DNA of 64,000 nucleotides from Octopus vulgaris (taxonomy: Eukaryota). Every line of letters begins with the position of its first letter. Positions within the stretch are counted from its first letter, which is position 1. The stretch covers positions 223,882,001-223,946,000 of the forward strand of contig OX597814.1 of NCBI GenBank assembly GCA_951406725.2, given 5' to 3'. This document shows, in pieces, positions 24,476 through 37,684 of this stretch. A program made the position numbers and the translations under genes. The notes under the pieces are model-generated. The model was not told the origin of the DNA and made no database searches. It saw nothing but the letters and a program-made list of their open reading frames with translations.

Positions 24476-24588
24476 CTTTACATTGTCCCTTTGGCAAAGC
24501 AAGGGCATCACCATAATAATTGGGTAAACATCTTTCGCAGTAAAAGCCAGCAGTGTTGTGAAGACATATCAAACATTCACCTGTGGTC
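24476..24588 (-). CDS. LAMC1: Laminin gamma exon, LE (113 nt)
   Basis: [37 protein letters not shown]. Confidence 0.92.
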
Positions 24589-24793
24589 CTGTTTAGCAAT
24601 AAATCAATACAAATGAAGTATAAGTATACATTTTGGCATTTCAAAAAGTAATCATCATCAATTTGCACTTTTTTCTGTTTTTTAATTTCATGCTGGGCAA
24701 AAGGAACAAAATGAATATCGTTACAGCACTGAACAGGGAGTAAATAGCTGGCAAGTGTGAAATTATTTTAAATGAAAACATGCTACTTCTCAC

Positions 24794-24923
24794 CTGTTGC
24801 AGTTACCCACAGCATTCAAATCGATGTTGCCGTTGCAAGGACAAGGCTTGCAAGTGGTACGAGGACCATAACGTCCTGTTGGATCACCATAGTAACCATC
24901 CAAACAAACTTGGCATAGATCAC
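24794..24923 (-). CDS. LAMC1: Laminin gamma exon containing the nidogen-binding loop (130 nt)
   Basis: [42 protein letters not shown]. Confidence 0.93.
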
Positions 24924-25094
24924 CTGTATGAATATAGCATGGAAATTATTAGTGTCTTGATTTCCAAAAAAAAAAATTTATTCCATTCTTTCAAGAATGG
25001 TAAATTCCCAAAATATCGCCTTTAAAACATTTACATCATTATAACACCAAACTGTTTTGGAAAATGTTAAGAATTTTTTTTTTCTTTTTATTGT

Positions 25095-25500
25095 TTTACA
25101 CATTTCAGTCATTTGACTGTGGCCATGCTGGAGCACCACCTCAAAGGGTTTCAGTCTCAGAAATCAACCCCAGGACTTATTCTTTATAAACCCGGTACTT
25201 ATTCTATCGGTTTCTTTTGCCGAACCACTCAGTTACAGGGACATAAGCACACCAACATCAGTTGTCAAGCGATGGGGGGGGGGGGGCAAACACAGACACA
25301 AAGACACACACACACGTACACACATATATACATAGATATATAATGAGCTTTTCTTCAGTTTCCATCTACCAAATCCACTCACAAGGCTTTGGTTTGCCTG
25401 AGGCTAAAGTAGTAGAAACTTGCCCAAGGTGCCATGCAGTAGGGCTGAACCCAGAACACTATGTGGTTAGGAAGCAAACAGCTTACCATACAGCCACGCC
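25095..25500 (-). mobile_element. SINE family A, diverged copy
   Basis: Reverse complement of the family A head and tail. Confidence 0.85.
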
Positions 25501-27071
25501 CCAAGATTTTTTCTTTTTTTTGTTTCTGATGACAGCTAGAGATTTTCTGCTCAAGCTTGCTTAACCTGCTGAGACAGTAGTCAGAATTCTCTTAACACAC
25601 ACTCAACTTATCTTAGAATGAGGAGAATATATTGTTTTTTTTTCAATTCAACCATTCATTATCAAGGGATCCCTTTGATTACAATTTTATTCTGGTGGAC
25701 ACCCCCATAGCCATTTGATGCATAAAAGGTAGTTTTATAGAAACTTCTTTCAAAATTCCTGTTTTGTTCGTCATACACTAACTTATGTAGGTTGAACTAT
25801 GCAAAATGTTAGAGAAAGAACACAGCTATTTCTTGCAATATATACCAATACATACATCTAAAGCAAAATATTTTCAGGGGCCCTTAAAATACTATTATGC
25901 ATCCCCACTTTACTATTTTGTTATGCGGACCCCCAAAAATCTCATATGAAACCTTAGGGACCATATGGACCCCGACTGAAAACTACTGGTCTTCACAGTT
26001 CATGAAGAAAATGTTTCTAAATATAAATTTACTTTAAACTATATTATTCAATAAGTAGAGTACGACATAACATTCACTATGGTCCTTAAATCGGTAGAGG
26101 GCCATTCAGTACATGTCGTGCATTACTTCATATATTTGTACAGGATCTCTGTTCACCTTGTAAACGAATAGTTGTTGGTGAGTTTATGATAGATCACCTA
26201 GCAATGTTAACTGTGATAGATCAACATCTCATTCAAAAAGAGTGGAACTAATAAATTGTCACTATAAGTCCTACAGTACTTGGGATTTCATAACGAGTAA
26301 GAAGGAAAGTAAGTATATATAGCTAGCAGGTATATGGTCCAGTCATCAAAAGAAAAAGTTTCCCTCAGTGAACAGTTATTACAAGGGAGATAATTTCTTC
26401 AAAATGTTAGGCAAGATTAGAAATTTGAATATGAAATTAAAAGATTAGAAGAAAAAAGCAAAGCACAGAATTCACAGCTGGAAATTTAAAATGTTTGCAA
26501 TACAATTACAGAGATTGATATTCAGCTGACTCAATGAACATTTCAAGACTTTCAGTTTGATGTTTCATTCAAGACATGTTGCAACAAATTACATCAAAAG
26601 AAGGAATTGCTTCAACAGTTGTTGCCATTTGACAAAGCAATAACAAGAACCAAACACAGAATCAGTGAAACCAAAACAATTATTTCTCTTCCAAAATCTC
26701 AAAGTTACTCATTTTTTAACATTTGCTATTGATTTACAATTGTAGAACAGAGGACCGGGGAGCCATACAATAAAATAATATTGCACTTTTGAAAAGGTTG
26801 AGTAACATCATTATCATCATTATTATCATCATTTAACGTCCATTTTCCATGCTGGCATGGGTTGGACGGGAGCTACACCAGGTTCCAATCTTTGGCATGG
26901 TTTCTATGGCTGGATACCCTTCCTAATGTCAACCACCCCAAAAGTGGTTCTGAGATATACATTAATTTATCTGGGAAAGGATATGTAACAAAGCAATTCC
27001 CTGAAATTATGAAAGTCCCATGAATCCAACCATTCAACAGAATGGTTAGATTTTGAAAACGAGTTACTTAC

Positions 27072-27257
27072 CTCCATAACCTTCTGGACAGTTTGTACAA
27101 TGAACACTTTTATCGTCAAGCTGTGTACAGGTGCCATTATTAGGACAGGGACAGGATCTACAGTCATTTGGGGTTCCACCTTTGGCATCACCATAGAAAC
27201 CTTCCAAACATTGTTCACAGTTACGGCCAGCAGTGTTGTGCTTGCAGATACAACGAC
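27072..27257 (-). CDS. LAMC1: Laminin gamma exon, LE (186 nt)
   Basis: [43 protein letters not shown]...CPEGYG. Confidence 0.92.
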
Positions 27258-28736
27258 CTAAAATTAAACATTATACATGAATACATAAATGTGTGTGTAC
27301 GTACGTACATACATACATACATACATACAATCATCACCATCATCACCATCATCATTATTTGATGCCCACTTTTCAATGGTTCTCAGATTTTATTTTAGAT
27401 TTTTTACAGTCATATGTCTATTCTGTCACCAATCCTCACTTGTTCCAGGCAAGATAATGTTACCACATGGACAAACATGTTCTCACACATTATTGAAAAT
27501 GAATGACACTGCTTGTGTGACAGTGACACTCATTTACAGCTATCATGCAATGTCTAGATAAGGACACAAAATCACACACACACACACACACACGTACACA
27601 CATACATACAAGAGGTTCTTTCAGTTTCCATCTGTTAAATTCACACACAGGTCTTTGGTCGGCCTGGAGTTATTGTAGAAGACACCCAAAGTGCCACATG
27701 GTGGGACTGAACCCAGAACCATGTGGTTGGACAGTAAACTTCTTACCACACAGCCATGCCTGCACCTATGTGTGAATGCATTTTGAATTACACATAAAAT
27801 ATCCATCACAGAAATAAACAAAGAAGTGAAGACCAATGATTCTTCATTCTTTGCTTATAAAACCTCCTCAGTTTTTAATAAAAAAAAAAGACGAGAGACA
27901 ACACTGTATTCATTCAGGGTTACATAATAATCACAGTTTAGGCTCATTAGTGGTCAGCTGGATCTAATGTTAGATTATTAGCCAAATATTCCATGAAACA
28001 TATCTCCCCATCACCAACACTAATTGAGTTTATGACAAAAGTATTCAACTCTCTCTCTCTCTCTCTCTCACACACATTGGTTTATCTGGCTGTAGTTAGG
28101 TAACATGAGTACATACTTCTCACCACTACTTGAAACAGGAGAACTGCATTGTGAATTTCACAAGTGTCTAGAGTCATTGTTATCATATACTTTACAGACT
28201 ATGAAAGAAATATGCAGACCATCATTTCATATTAAAAAAATTCTATCACCTGTACAGTTCAAGTAGAATCTTCGTATATGTCATAATTCCAACATAATGT
28301 TTTTTAGCTTTTTGTTTTTCTTTTCATAATGGATACAGGTTGAGTTCTTTTGTTTCAATTCATTTTGAGAATAGTAAAGAATTTAGTAAAATAACTCTGC
28401 TGTTATTAAGTAGAATTTTGATACGAAGTTTCAATTTATATGACTTTAAAATGATTAGTTTTTCTCATACAACCAGGAGTGGTCTCTGGTGATTCAGTAT
28501 CAGATCTTCATCATATGAAACAGCTAACTTGGACAAGGTTTTTTAGGGGTTTTTTTTGCTACCTCACTCCATTTTTTTCTCTTCATTTTGTTTCCATATT
28601 CCTTTCTGTCATACATCACTGGCTCGAAACATCAAAGACATATCCATTTTTCTTGAGCATCAAACTAACACACCTTGTTTGTTGTACATTTGGACCATTC
28701 ATAAACTATTGCTTAACAACAAAAAAGACAACTTAC

Positions 28737-28958
28737 CAGTATTAACGTCACAATCATCAGAGTGACCATTGCAAACACATGGTATACATCGGGCAAAAGG
28801 ACCACCGTTGGGGGGGTCTCTTCTAAAGCCTGGAGAACAAGACTGGCAGTTTTCTCCTAAGTAAGCATCGGGGCAAGTACATTGTTCTACCCAAGAAGCT
28901 GGCTTGCCAGATGCATAACCTGCAGTCTCTAGCCTGACATCATCAATAAATCCAGTAC
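28737..28958 (-). CDS. LAMC1: Laminin gamma exon, L4 end and LE (222 nt)
   Basis: TGFIDDVRLETA...ASWVEQCTCPDAYLGENCQSCSPGFRR...CVCNGHSDDCDVNT. Confidence 0.93.
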
Positions 28959-28989
28959 CTATGGAGAAAAACAAAGGTAAGATATGTAT

Positions 28990-30386
28990 AAAGAGAAGAA
29001 TCAAGAGTCGATGAAAAAGAGAAGGAAACAGGAGACTCAAGAATCAAATGAAGTGGAGAAATGGGAGAGTCAAAAGTTAATGAAGAGAAAGAAAGAGAAG
29101 AATCAAGAGTCAATGAAGAGAAAGAAAGAGAAGAATCAAGAGTCAATGAAGAGAAAGAAAGAGAAGAATCAAGAGTCAATGAAAAAGAGAAGGAAACAGG
29201 AGACTCAAGAATCAAATGAAGTGGAGAAATGGGAGAGTCAAAAGTTAATGAAGAGAAAGAAACAGAAGAATCAAGAGTCAATGAAGAGAAAGAAAGAGAA
29301 GAATCAAGAGTCAATGAAGAGAAAGAAAGAGAAGAATCAAGAGTCAATGAAAAAGAGAAACAAACAGGAGACTCAAGAATCAAAAGAAGAGGAGAAATGG
29401 GAGAGTCAAAAGTTAATGAAGAGAAAGAAACAGAAGAATCAAGAGTCAATGAAGAGAAAGAAAGAGAAGAATCAAGAGTCAATGAAAAAGAGAAACAAAC
29501 AGGAGACTCAAGAATCAAAAGAAGAGGAGAAATGGGAGAGTCAAAAGTTAATGAAGAGAAAGAAACAGAAGAATCAAAAGTCAATGAAGAGAAAGAAAGA
29601 GAAGAATCAAGAGTCAATGAAAAAGAGAAACAAACAGGAGACTCAAGAATCAAAAGAAGAGGAGAAATGGGAGAGTCAAAAGTTAATGAAGAGAAAGAAA
29701 CAGAAGAATCAAGAGTCAATGAAGAGAAAGAAAGAGAAGAATCAAGAGTCAATGAAAAAGAGAAGGAAACAGGAGACTCAAGAATCAAAAGAAGAGGAGA
29801 AATGGGAGAGTCAAAAGTTAATGAAGAGAAAGAAACAGAAGAATCAAGAGTCAATGAAGAGAAAGAAACAGAAGAATCAAGAGTCAATGAAGAGAAAGAA
29901 AGAGAAGAATCAAGAGTCAATGAAAAAGAGAAGGAAACAGGAGACTCAAGAATCAAAAGAAGAGGAGAAATGGGAGAGTCAAAAGTTAATGAAGAGAAAG
30001 AAACAGAAGAATCAAGAGTCAATGAAGAGAAAGAAACAGAAGAATCAAGAGTCAATGAAAAAGAGAAACAAACAAGAGACTCAAGAATCAAAAGAAGAGG
30101 AGAAATGGGAGAGTCAAAAGTTAATGAAGAGAAACAGAAGAATCAAGAGTCAATGAAGAGAAAGAAAGAGAAGAATCAAGAGTCAATGAAAAAGAGAAAC
30201 AAACAGGAGACTCAAGAATCAAAAGAAGAGGAGAAATGGGAGAGTCAAAAGTTAATGAAGAGAAAGAAACAGAAGAATCAAGAGTCAATGAAGAGAAAGA
30301 AACAGAAGAATCAAGAGTCAATGAAGAGAAAGAAACAGAAGAATCAAGAGTCAATGAAGAGAAAGAAAGAGAAGAATCAAGAGTCA
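28990..30386. repeat. Hierarchical purine-rich minisatellite (33-bp and 69-bp units)
   Basis: aatgaagagaaagaaa(g/c)agaagaatcaagagtc x2-4 alternating with a 69-bp unit; fills ~90% of the intron. Confidence 0.97.
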
Positions 30387-30493
30387 AGGTCAGAGTATAA
30401 GTAATAAATCAATTAAAAGTATAACAAAACAATAAAAAAAAAGAAATAAAAGAAAAGCAAAAAAATATAATAGTAAAAAAGAAAATCTAATAC

Positions 30494-30799
30494 CATCTGT
30501 GTTGTATGTTCCTTTGATTTTGATGGCTGTCAAATTGGAAAGAAGGGCTATGAAATCTTGGGCACGCAGTCTTGGTTGCCATTTGTAATCCTGATGTTCG
30601 TGGAGACGGAATCGGAAAGTCTGTTCCTTTGTATTAGGAGTTGGATTTCCCTGAGAGAATATTGGAGTTGATATCGTCTGACCTTCACTGCCAACTAAAA
30701 CAACATCCATTATTGAGGGTCTGGAACGGTCATCACTGGTCTGGAGTTTGAAGCTTAGAAACTGGTTATAGCTGTGACGCTGGTCATGTAAGTAGCGTT
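30494..30799 (-). CDS. LAMC1: Laminin gamma exon, L4 domain (306 nt)
   Basis: RYLHDQRHSYNQFLSFKLQ...FRFRLHE...LLSNLTAIKIKGTY, typical gamma-chain L4. Confidence 0.93.
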
Positions 30800-30851
30800 C
30801 TGTAAGACAAAATTTATTCAATCAGAGAAATAAATATCATATATTATATAT

Positions 30852-31263
30852 AGGTGCAGGAGTGGCTGTGTGGTAAGTAGCTTGCTTACCAACCACATGG
30901 TTCCGGGTTCAGTCCCACTGTGTGGCATCTTGGGCAAGTGTCTTCTGCTATAGCCTCGGGCCAACCAAAGCCTTGTGAGTGGATTTGGTAGACGGAAACT
31001 GAAAGAAGCCCGTCGTATATATGTATGTATATATATGTGTGTGTGTGTATGTTTGTGTGTCTGTGTTTGTCCCCCTAGCATTGCTTGACAACCGATGCTG
31101 GTGTGTTTACATCCCCGTCACTTAGCGGTTCGGCAAAAGACACCGATAGCATAAGTACTGGGCTTACAAAGAATAAGTCCCGGGGTCGATTTGCTCAACT
31201 AAAGACGGTGCTCCAGCATGGCCGCAGTCAAATGACTGAAAAGAGTAAAAGAGTAAAAAGAGT
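30852..31263 (+). mobile_element. SINE family A, full copy
   Basis: Matches 1447-1845. Confidence 0.9.
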
Positions 31264-31691
31264 ATATATATATATATATACACACACACATGTATATATC
31301 TCATCATCATCATCATTTAATGCTCGCATTTGGTTAGATGGTTTGACAAAAGCTGGCAAGCCAGGGGGCTGTAGCAAGCCCTATTGCATGCTTAGGCATG
31401 GTTCCTCTAGCTGAATGCCCTTCTTAATCCCATATCTACATACACACATATGTACAAACACATGCATATATACGTTACGATACATATATAGGTATATATG
31501 TATGTATGTAGATATGTATGCGTATATACCAGTTTAAAAGCCACTCTATTGGGCAGCTTTTAAGCTAGTATATTGGTTTTAAGCAACTGACCCCAAATGG
31601 GAAGATCTACAAACAGATCTCTGACTTGTTTCAGAGAATTTGTTGCATTTGCTTCCTCCAGACTCATATCCCAATGATGATCATATTTGGC

Positions 31692-32197
31692 AAAGGACCG
31701 AGATCTCTGGAGATATGCTGTGACTGCAAAGACCTGGGCTGCTTCCTGCACCAGTTCTGCATAGCCCCTGCCCATTCAAAGTACCTTGGATTCCAGAACA
31801 TCCCGCTATGCTTGAGGAGACCTGTTGAGTCAAGTACATGAACATCGAAATAAATATCAATGGAAATAGTAGTTGTGATACCTGTGTCGGTGGCACATAA
31901 AAAGCACCATCTGAACGTGGCCGATGCCAGCGCCGCCTTGGCTGGCTTCCGTGCCAGTGGCACGTTAAAAGCACCAACCGATCGTGGCCGATGCCGGACT
32001 CCCCTGGCACCTGTGCAGGTGGCACATAAAAAGCACCCACTACACTCACAGAGTGGTTGGCGTTAGGAAAGCCATCCAGCTGTAGAAACACTGCCAGATC
32101 AGACTGGAGCCTGGTGCAGCCCCTGGCTTCCCAGACCCCGGTCAAACCGTCCAACCCGTGCTAGTGCGGAAAACAGATGTTAAACGATGATGATGAT
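31692..32197 (+). mobile_element. RTE LINE 3' fragment, variant UTR
   Basis: Begins KDRDLWRYAVTAKT (RT C-terminus); ends in the shared tail and (ATG)n. Confidence 0.8.
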
Positions 32198-32615
32198 CAT
32201 CATCATATAAAAAAAAAATGCCATAAACAATAGCAGTAAAGAAAACATAGGAATCCAAAATTTCAGGATTGCAGGTTCAGATTCAGCCCGGAATGCTTTT
32301 AATTTACTCACAGAGTTGGCCTTTAGATTATAAAAATTGTTATCGTACCAAAAAATTTGTTATAAAAAGTCACGTAAAAAAATTGCCAAAAACAATCACA
32401 GTAATGAAAACTTGGGAATCCAAGATTTCAGGATTGTGGGTCCAGATTCGGCCAGAATGTTTTTAATTTACTCATGGAGTCAGCCTGATTCCCAAATGAT
32501 ATATGTTGGGCTACAGCCCAACATATATATTATATATATATATATATATACACACATATATATATTACATTCATCTAATTTCAAGTAGAAGAAAGAAGAA
32601 ACAAAAATTGCTTAC

Positions 32616-32738
32616 CTGGGGCCATGAAGTAAATGATTTCATTGCCTGACGCCGCCACTCCGATCTTCTTAGTTATTGCATTAAACTGAGTAGGAATTTC
32701 TCTGTTTCCTCGGTCAGCTGCTTTCCATCTTTGTCTTC
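32616..32738 (-). CDS. LAMC1: Laminin gamma exon, L4 domain (123 nt)
   Basis: RQRWKAADRGNREIPTQFNAITKKIGVAASGNEIIYFMAP; phase 1-1. Confidence 0.88.
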
Positions 32739-32843
32739 CTTTAATCAACAACAACAAATTACCTTAAAGAATCGTAAGTTATATTCATTCACAGATTTTT
32801 TTTAGTTTCATTATTATGACAGTAGAAACCCACAGATCTTATA

Positions 32844-33098
32844 CCGGTTCCAGTTTCGCGGTTTCCTTGGCGTATAGGTTCCCCACCTGGACAGGACACC
32901 AGTCAATCGCAGGTGAGCTGCAAGATGCAGGAGGAAAGAGTGAGTGAAAGTTGTGGCGAAAGAGTCAGCGGAAGTTTGCCAGAGTCACGTGGAGCTTGGG
33001 TGTTTAGCTCATAAACACACACATCGCCTGGTCTGAGATTCAAACCCGCAATCCCTCGACCGCGAGTCCGCTCCTCAAACCACTAGGCCATGTGCCTC
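32844..33098 (-). mobile_element. SINE (family C-like head) with TSD cagatcttata
   Basis: TSD at 32833-32843 and 33099-33109. Confidence 0.85.
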
Positions 33099-34002
33099 CA
33101 GATCTTATAGCAAGTATGTGCGAACTTTTTCAGGAAGTGGGCCACACAAGACATGGCGCATCATTAGCTGGGCCATGGCTAAAAAAGATTCAAGGTAATT
33201 TTTTCATTGACATGACATTCAGAAAGTTCCACAGGCTGGATGTGGCCCATGGCCTACAGTTTGCCTGTGACTGCCTTAGACTATAACACACTAAACATAC
33301 TGTTGCCTAAATCTTACATTAAATATATTTTTAAACTTTAAAATAATATTTATTGTTCTGATCATACATAAATCATTTACAACTTATTTTAAAATTTCAG
33401 TAAAGTTATTCCAGCATTAAGAGAAGTCATTATGAACAGAGCCTTCAATATGCAAGACCTATAAAATTGTACTCAGCATCTTGTTCTTTAAGTTATATCA
33501 ACCTGAGGATGGGATTAAAAAAATCTTTTATCCACATTTAGGCATTTATAATACATCAATATGGCACGAAAGAAATGGCATAAAAAACTGGCATTCCATG
33601 TTACAACAACAAGGGTTCCAGTTGATCCCAGCAGCAGAACAACCTGCTCTTGAACTTAATGTGCAAGTGGCTGAGCGCTCCACAGACAAGCATACCCTTA
33701 ACATAGCTCTCAGGGTGATTCAGCATGACACAAAAGGTGACAAGGTTGGCCCTTTGAAATACGGGGTACTCCTCATTTTTGCCAGTTGACTGGATTGGAG
33801 TAACATGAAATAAAGTCTCTTTCTCAAGGACAGATGCAATGTGCCACCAGCAATGAACCTCACAACCTTCAGATTGAGATCCAAATACCTCTAAACACAA
33901 AGCCATGGGCCTTCACAAAAGAAATGTCATAAAGCACATAAGCTAACTGCCTTATTATCTTAACCATTTGATTCATAGAAATAAATAATAAATGCACAAT
34001 TT

Positions 34003-34238
34003 TAAAGCCTAGCCAGGCTCATGGGCCCGGTTTCCCGGTTTCTATGGCGTATGTGTTCCCCAGCTGGACAGGACGCCAGTCCATCACAGCGTTACTCAGT
34101 TTTGCCAGCTGAGTGGACTGGAGCAACGTGAAATGAAGTGTTTTGCTCAAGAACACAACCCGTCGCTCGGTCCAGGAATCGAAACCACAATCTTACGATC
34201 ATGATGCTGACACCCTAACCACTAAGCCACGCGCCTGC
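34003..34238 (-). mobile_element. tRNA-derived SINE with V-domain-like core
   Basis: gcgcgtggcttagtggttaggg...gatggactggcgtcctgtccag...gccatagaaaccggg; relatives at ~51690-51905 and 11872-12140. Confidence 0.75.
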
Positions 34239-34574
34239 AATATTATATATATTTAAAATTTTCTAAACTTAAAAAAAAATACCTTTTAAAGACAAGATAT
34301 ATTTTTAACCTTTTAGCATTCAGACTATTCTGTCAAATGTAAACCTTTTTTATATTCATATTGATTTTTAATTAAACATGCATTATCTTATAGCTTCAGA
34401 ATTTTGATAATGTGACTATATTTTTAGAATAGCATTTAAGGGTACGATATGATGGGCTGGATCTGGCTGGATCTGGCTGGTTGGGTATTTTTGAGAAATT
34501 GAATGGATTTACAAAAACTTTTAATTTTGAAAGACAATTCATGAGCAAAGAAAGGAACAAAAATGGAAACGAAC

Positions 34575-34711
34575 CATTGCTGAACTGGCTGAGAATTGAG
34601 CGACCATAGAATCCATTCGCAGATTGACAAGACGAAGAATGACCATAACAGAAACAGGCAATGCAGCCAAATTTATTGCTTTCTTCCATTCCAAAGAAAC
34701 CATTTTTACAC
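34575..34711 (-). CDS. LAMC1: Laminin gamma exon, LE into L4 (137 nt)
   Basis: CKNGFFGMEESNKFGCIACFCYGHSSSCQSANGFYGRSILSQFSN; aag acceptor, gttcgt donor. Confidence 0.88.
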
Positions 34712-35476
34712 CTTTTATTTGAAGATAAAAGAAAAGAGAATATTAGACAAGTGTATATTTTTTCACATGCACAAAACGCACGTGCGTGTGTACGCACGCA
34801 CATGTAAATACAGATAACTATGTGTACATGTGGGTATGAACAGTTTATTGCATATGAAAGTAGGTGAAGACAAAGATAGTGACCTTACTATTTCGAGCAC
34901 GAACATATGTGAGGAGGGGTGTTTCCAGTTTAAAATAGGAGTTACCCACCTTGATTTTCAATTACCTCCCTTGCATTTAACATAAAGAAAATTTTTTAGG
35001 ATATCCTTGGACCAACGGTTCACGAAGGAGGGCGGTATCGCCACCTTGGGGCGTTGTTAGCTCACACAGAGAAAGCAAATGTTATAGCGGGCTTTATGAG
35101 AAGCAGTGAGTATTTAGGGGGTCGTAAAATACATTTTAAATACATAAAAAAGAAAATTTGGTAAGAATTATATTATCAAAGAGCAGAAACACAACTCATG
35201 ATGTACCAGGGTCCAATATAATTTTATTATACAGTTTCACACCATCTATAGCAATTTCCATGAAATTTTATCATAGGCAGCATTAGACTTGCAGATTTTA
35301 TGAAGGTGAACATGCTGGAAGGGACGGTGAAGGGCAATCTGGTTAGTAAACCAATGCAAAATGAAGCTACTGTCTGATATACCATGATGGTCATTGTAAC
35401 TTTATGTTCATTTTCCATTCTGGCATGGGTAGGATACAGAATTCAGGGGGTCACAGGACCATGTCAAGCTCCAATA

Positions 35477-35889
35477 TCTTTATATATAAAAGTCAAGTTG
35501 TGTGTCTGTCTCCTACGATTTAGATTCCTAACTACTCCCACATTTTTCGGTGCATTTTAACCAAAACCGGGTATCTTATAGTCGTGATTCATATCAAGCC
35601 CTTCTGGGTATTAGCGCGCATCTATGATGAGTCTACGATTTTTAAAAAAATTTACCATCATTTTTTTCCATTTTAATGCATTTTTTCGCTATTATATAAG
35701 GGAAGTAACTCTCTAAAAATGTCTACGATGAGTCAACGATTTAAAAAAAAATTTACCATCATTTTTTTTCCATTTTTTTCCATTTTTTTTTCCTTTTTTT
35801 TTTTTGCTATTTTTTGGCTATAACTCTCTAAAAATGCTTATATAGTTATTTCCCTTACAAACCCGAGCAACGCCGGGCGATACTGCTAG
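35477..35889 (+). mobile_element. Non-autonomous Helitron
   Basis: A|TC 5' end, subterminal hairpin cccgagcaacgccggg (35862-35877), CTAG|T 3' end, no TSD; partial copy at 58420-58598(-). Confidence 0.85.
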
Positions 35890-36043
35890 TCTTATATATG
35901 TGCATATGTGTATATGGGTAACATATGTGACTGTGAGGTGTGGACAGTCCCACTGAATGCCACTTTGGACAAGTGTCTTCTACTATAGCCCTGGGCCAAC
36001 TAAAAACAATGTGAATGGATCTAACAGAAAGAAAATGAAAGAC

Positions 36044-36092
<49 letters not shown>

Positions 36093-36489
36093 ACGCTTGT
36101 CTTGACATTACGTGATGATTTTAAATGAGCATCACCAGCATACAAGCAACGTTACTCTTTTCCATTCTTCCATGAAAAAAAGAAACATTTGACCATTGGG
36201 GAACTATTACTTCACTTAGAAACAGGTGAGGTTTCATAACAGGATCATCATCATCATCATCATCGTTTAACATCCGCTTTCCATGCTAGCATGGGTTGAA
36301 CAATTTGACTGAGGGCTGGCGAACCAGATGGCTGCACCAGGCTTCAATCTTGATCTGGCAGAGTTTCTACAGCTGGAATCCCTTCCTAATGCCAACCACT
36401 CCGAGAGTGTAGTGGGTGCTTTTACATGCCACCAGCACAGGGCCAGTCAGGTGGTACTGGCAACGACCTCGCTCGAATCTTTTACACAT

Positions 36490-37020
36490 GCCAGTAAGGC
36501 AATGCTGGTAATGATCACGCACGAACGGCATCTTTTACGTGCCACTGGCACGGAGGCCGGTTAGCCGCTCTGGCAACGATCACGCTCGGATGGTGCTCTT
36601 AATACCCTACCAGCACAGGGCTCGAGTGCCAGTAAGGCGACGCTGCTAACGATCACACTCGAATGGTGCCTTTTAAGTGCCACTGGCACGGAGGCCGGTT
36701 AGCCGCTCTGGCAACGATCACACTCGGATGGTGCTCTTAATACCCTACCAGCACAGGGCTCGAGTGCCAGTAAGGCGACGCTGCTAACGATCACACTCGA
36801 ATGGTGCCTTTTAAGTGCCACTGGCACGGAGGCCGGTTAGCCGCTCTGGCAACGATCACACTCGGATGGTGCTCTTAATACCCTACCAGCACAGGGCTCG
36901 AGTGCCAGTAAGGCGACACTGCTAACGATCACACTCGAATGGTGCCTTTTAAGTGCCACTGGCACGGAGGCCGGTTAGCCGCTCTGTCAATGATCACACT
37001 CATATGGTGCTCTTGGCACG
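36490..37020. repeat. 138-bp tandem repeat (~3.8 copies) inside an RTE 3' UTR copy
   Basis: gccactggcacggaggccgg recurs at 36541, 36679, 36817 and 36955. Confidence 0.93.
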
Positions 37021-37291
37021 GACTGGCCTCACAAATACCATCTGACTAACATAAAAGTGGATATTAAGCAATGATGGTGATCATGTGTATGTGTATACTA
37101 CATACATGTGCATGCATATTCAAGGACTACAGGTGAAAAAAAAATGATTCAGTGAAAATGAGCCGCAGAAGGTTGAAAGCCAGTTTTAAACAATCACAAA
37201 AGAATTTGTACATAAGTCATGTAAAAGAATTTATATAATTTTAATATTATTGAATAAGGAAAGAATATAAAAATAATTTCTCTTCCATTAC

Positions 37292-37399
37292 CTGTCACAT
37301 TTCTGGCCATCAACATTTGCTTTACAGGTACATTTTCCAGTTGCGGTATCACAGTAAGGAGTGTTATTCAAACTTCCTTCTACCTTACAGTTGCAGGGT
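37292..37399 (-). CDS. LAMC1: Laminin gamma exon, LE (108 nt)
   Basis: PCNCKVEGSLNNTPYCDTATGKCTCKANVDGQKCD; phase 2-2. Confidence 0.92.
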
Positions 37400-37570
37400 C
37401 TAGAATGGGGAGTAAAAAGACAAGTTAAGAAAAATAGCCAAGAAATATAATTTACACAAATTTAGTAGAATAATACACTATTTTTAACCAACCATAGCTA
37501 CTATATTACTCATGATACGTTTTTATTATGTGGTAAAGATAAAATCATCTTCTTTGGGTTTTGCGAGGGG

Positions 37571-37615
<45 letters not shown>

Positions 37616-37684
37616 CTGCATTAATAAAAAATATTTTCCTGAGTAGCAAAACACAAACCCACAGGAAAATACCATCACCACAAC

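Noticed and set aside
26050-26760. Possible decayed coding or transposase remnant
   Set aside because: No recognisable motif or sustained frame by eye; it needs BLASTx.
28943-30404. Three ~380-390 aa ORFs (E/K-rich and S/L/F-rich)
   Set aside because: They are by-products of repeat units divisible by 3 inside a laminin intron; no unique sequence or gene signals.
34860-35140. CpG-richer unique patch as a regulatory element
   Set aside because: No specific motif or conservation evidence is available from the sequence alone.
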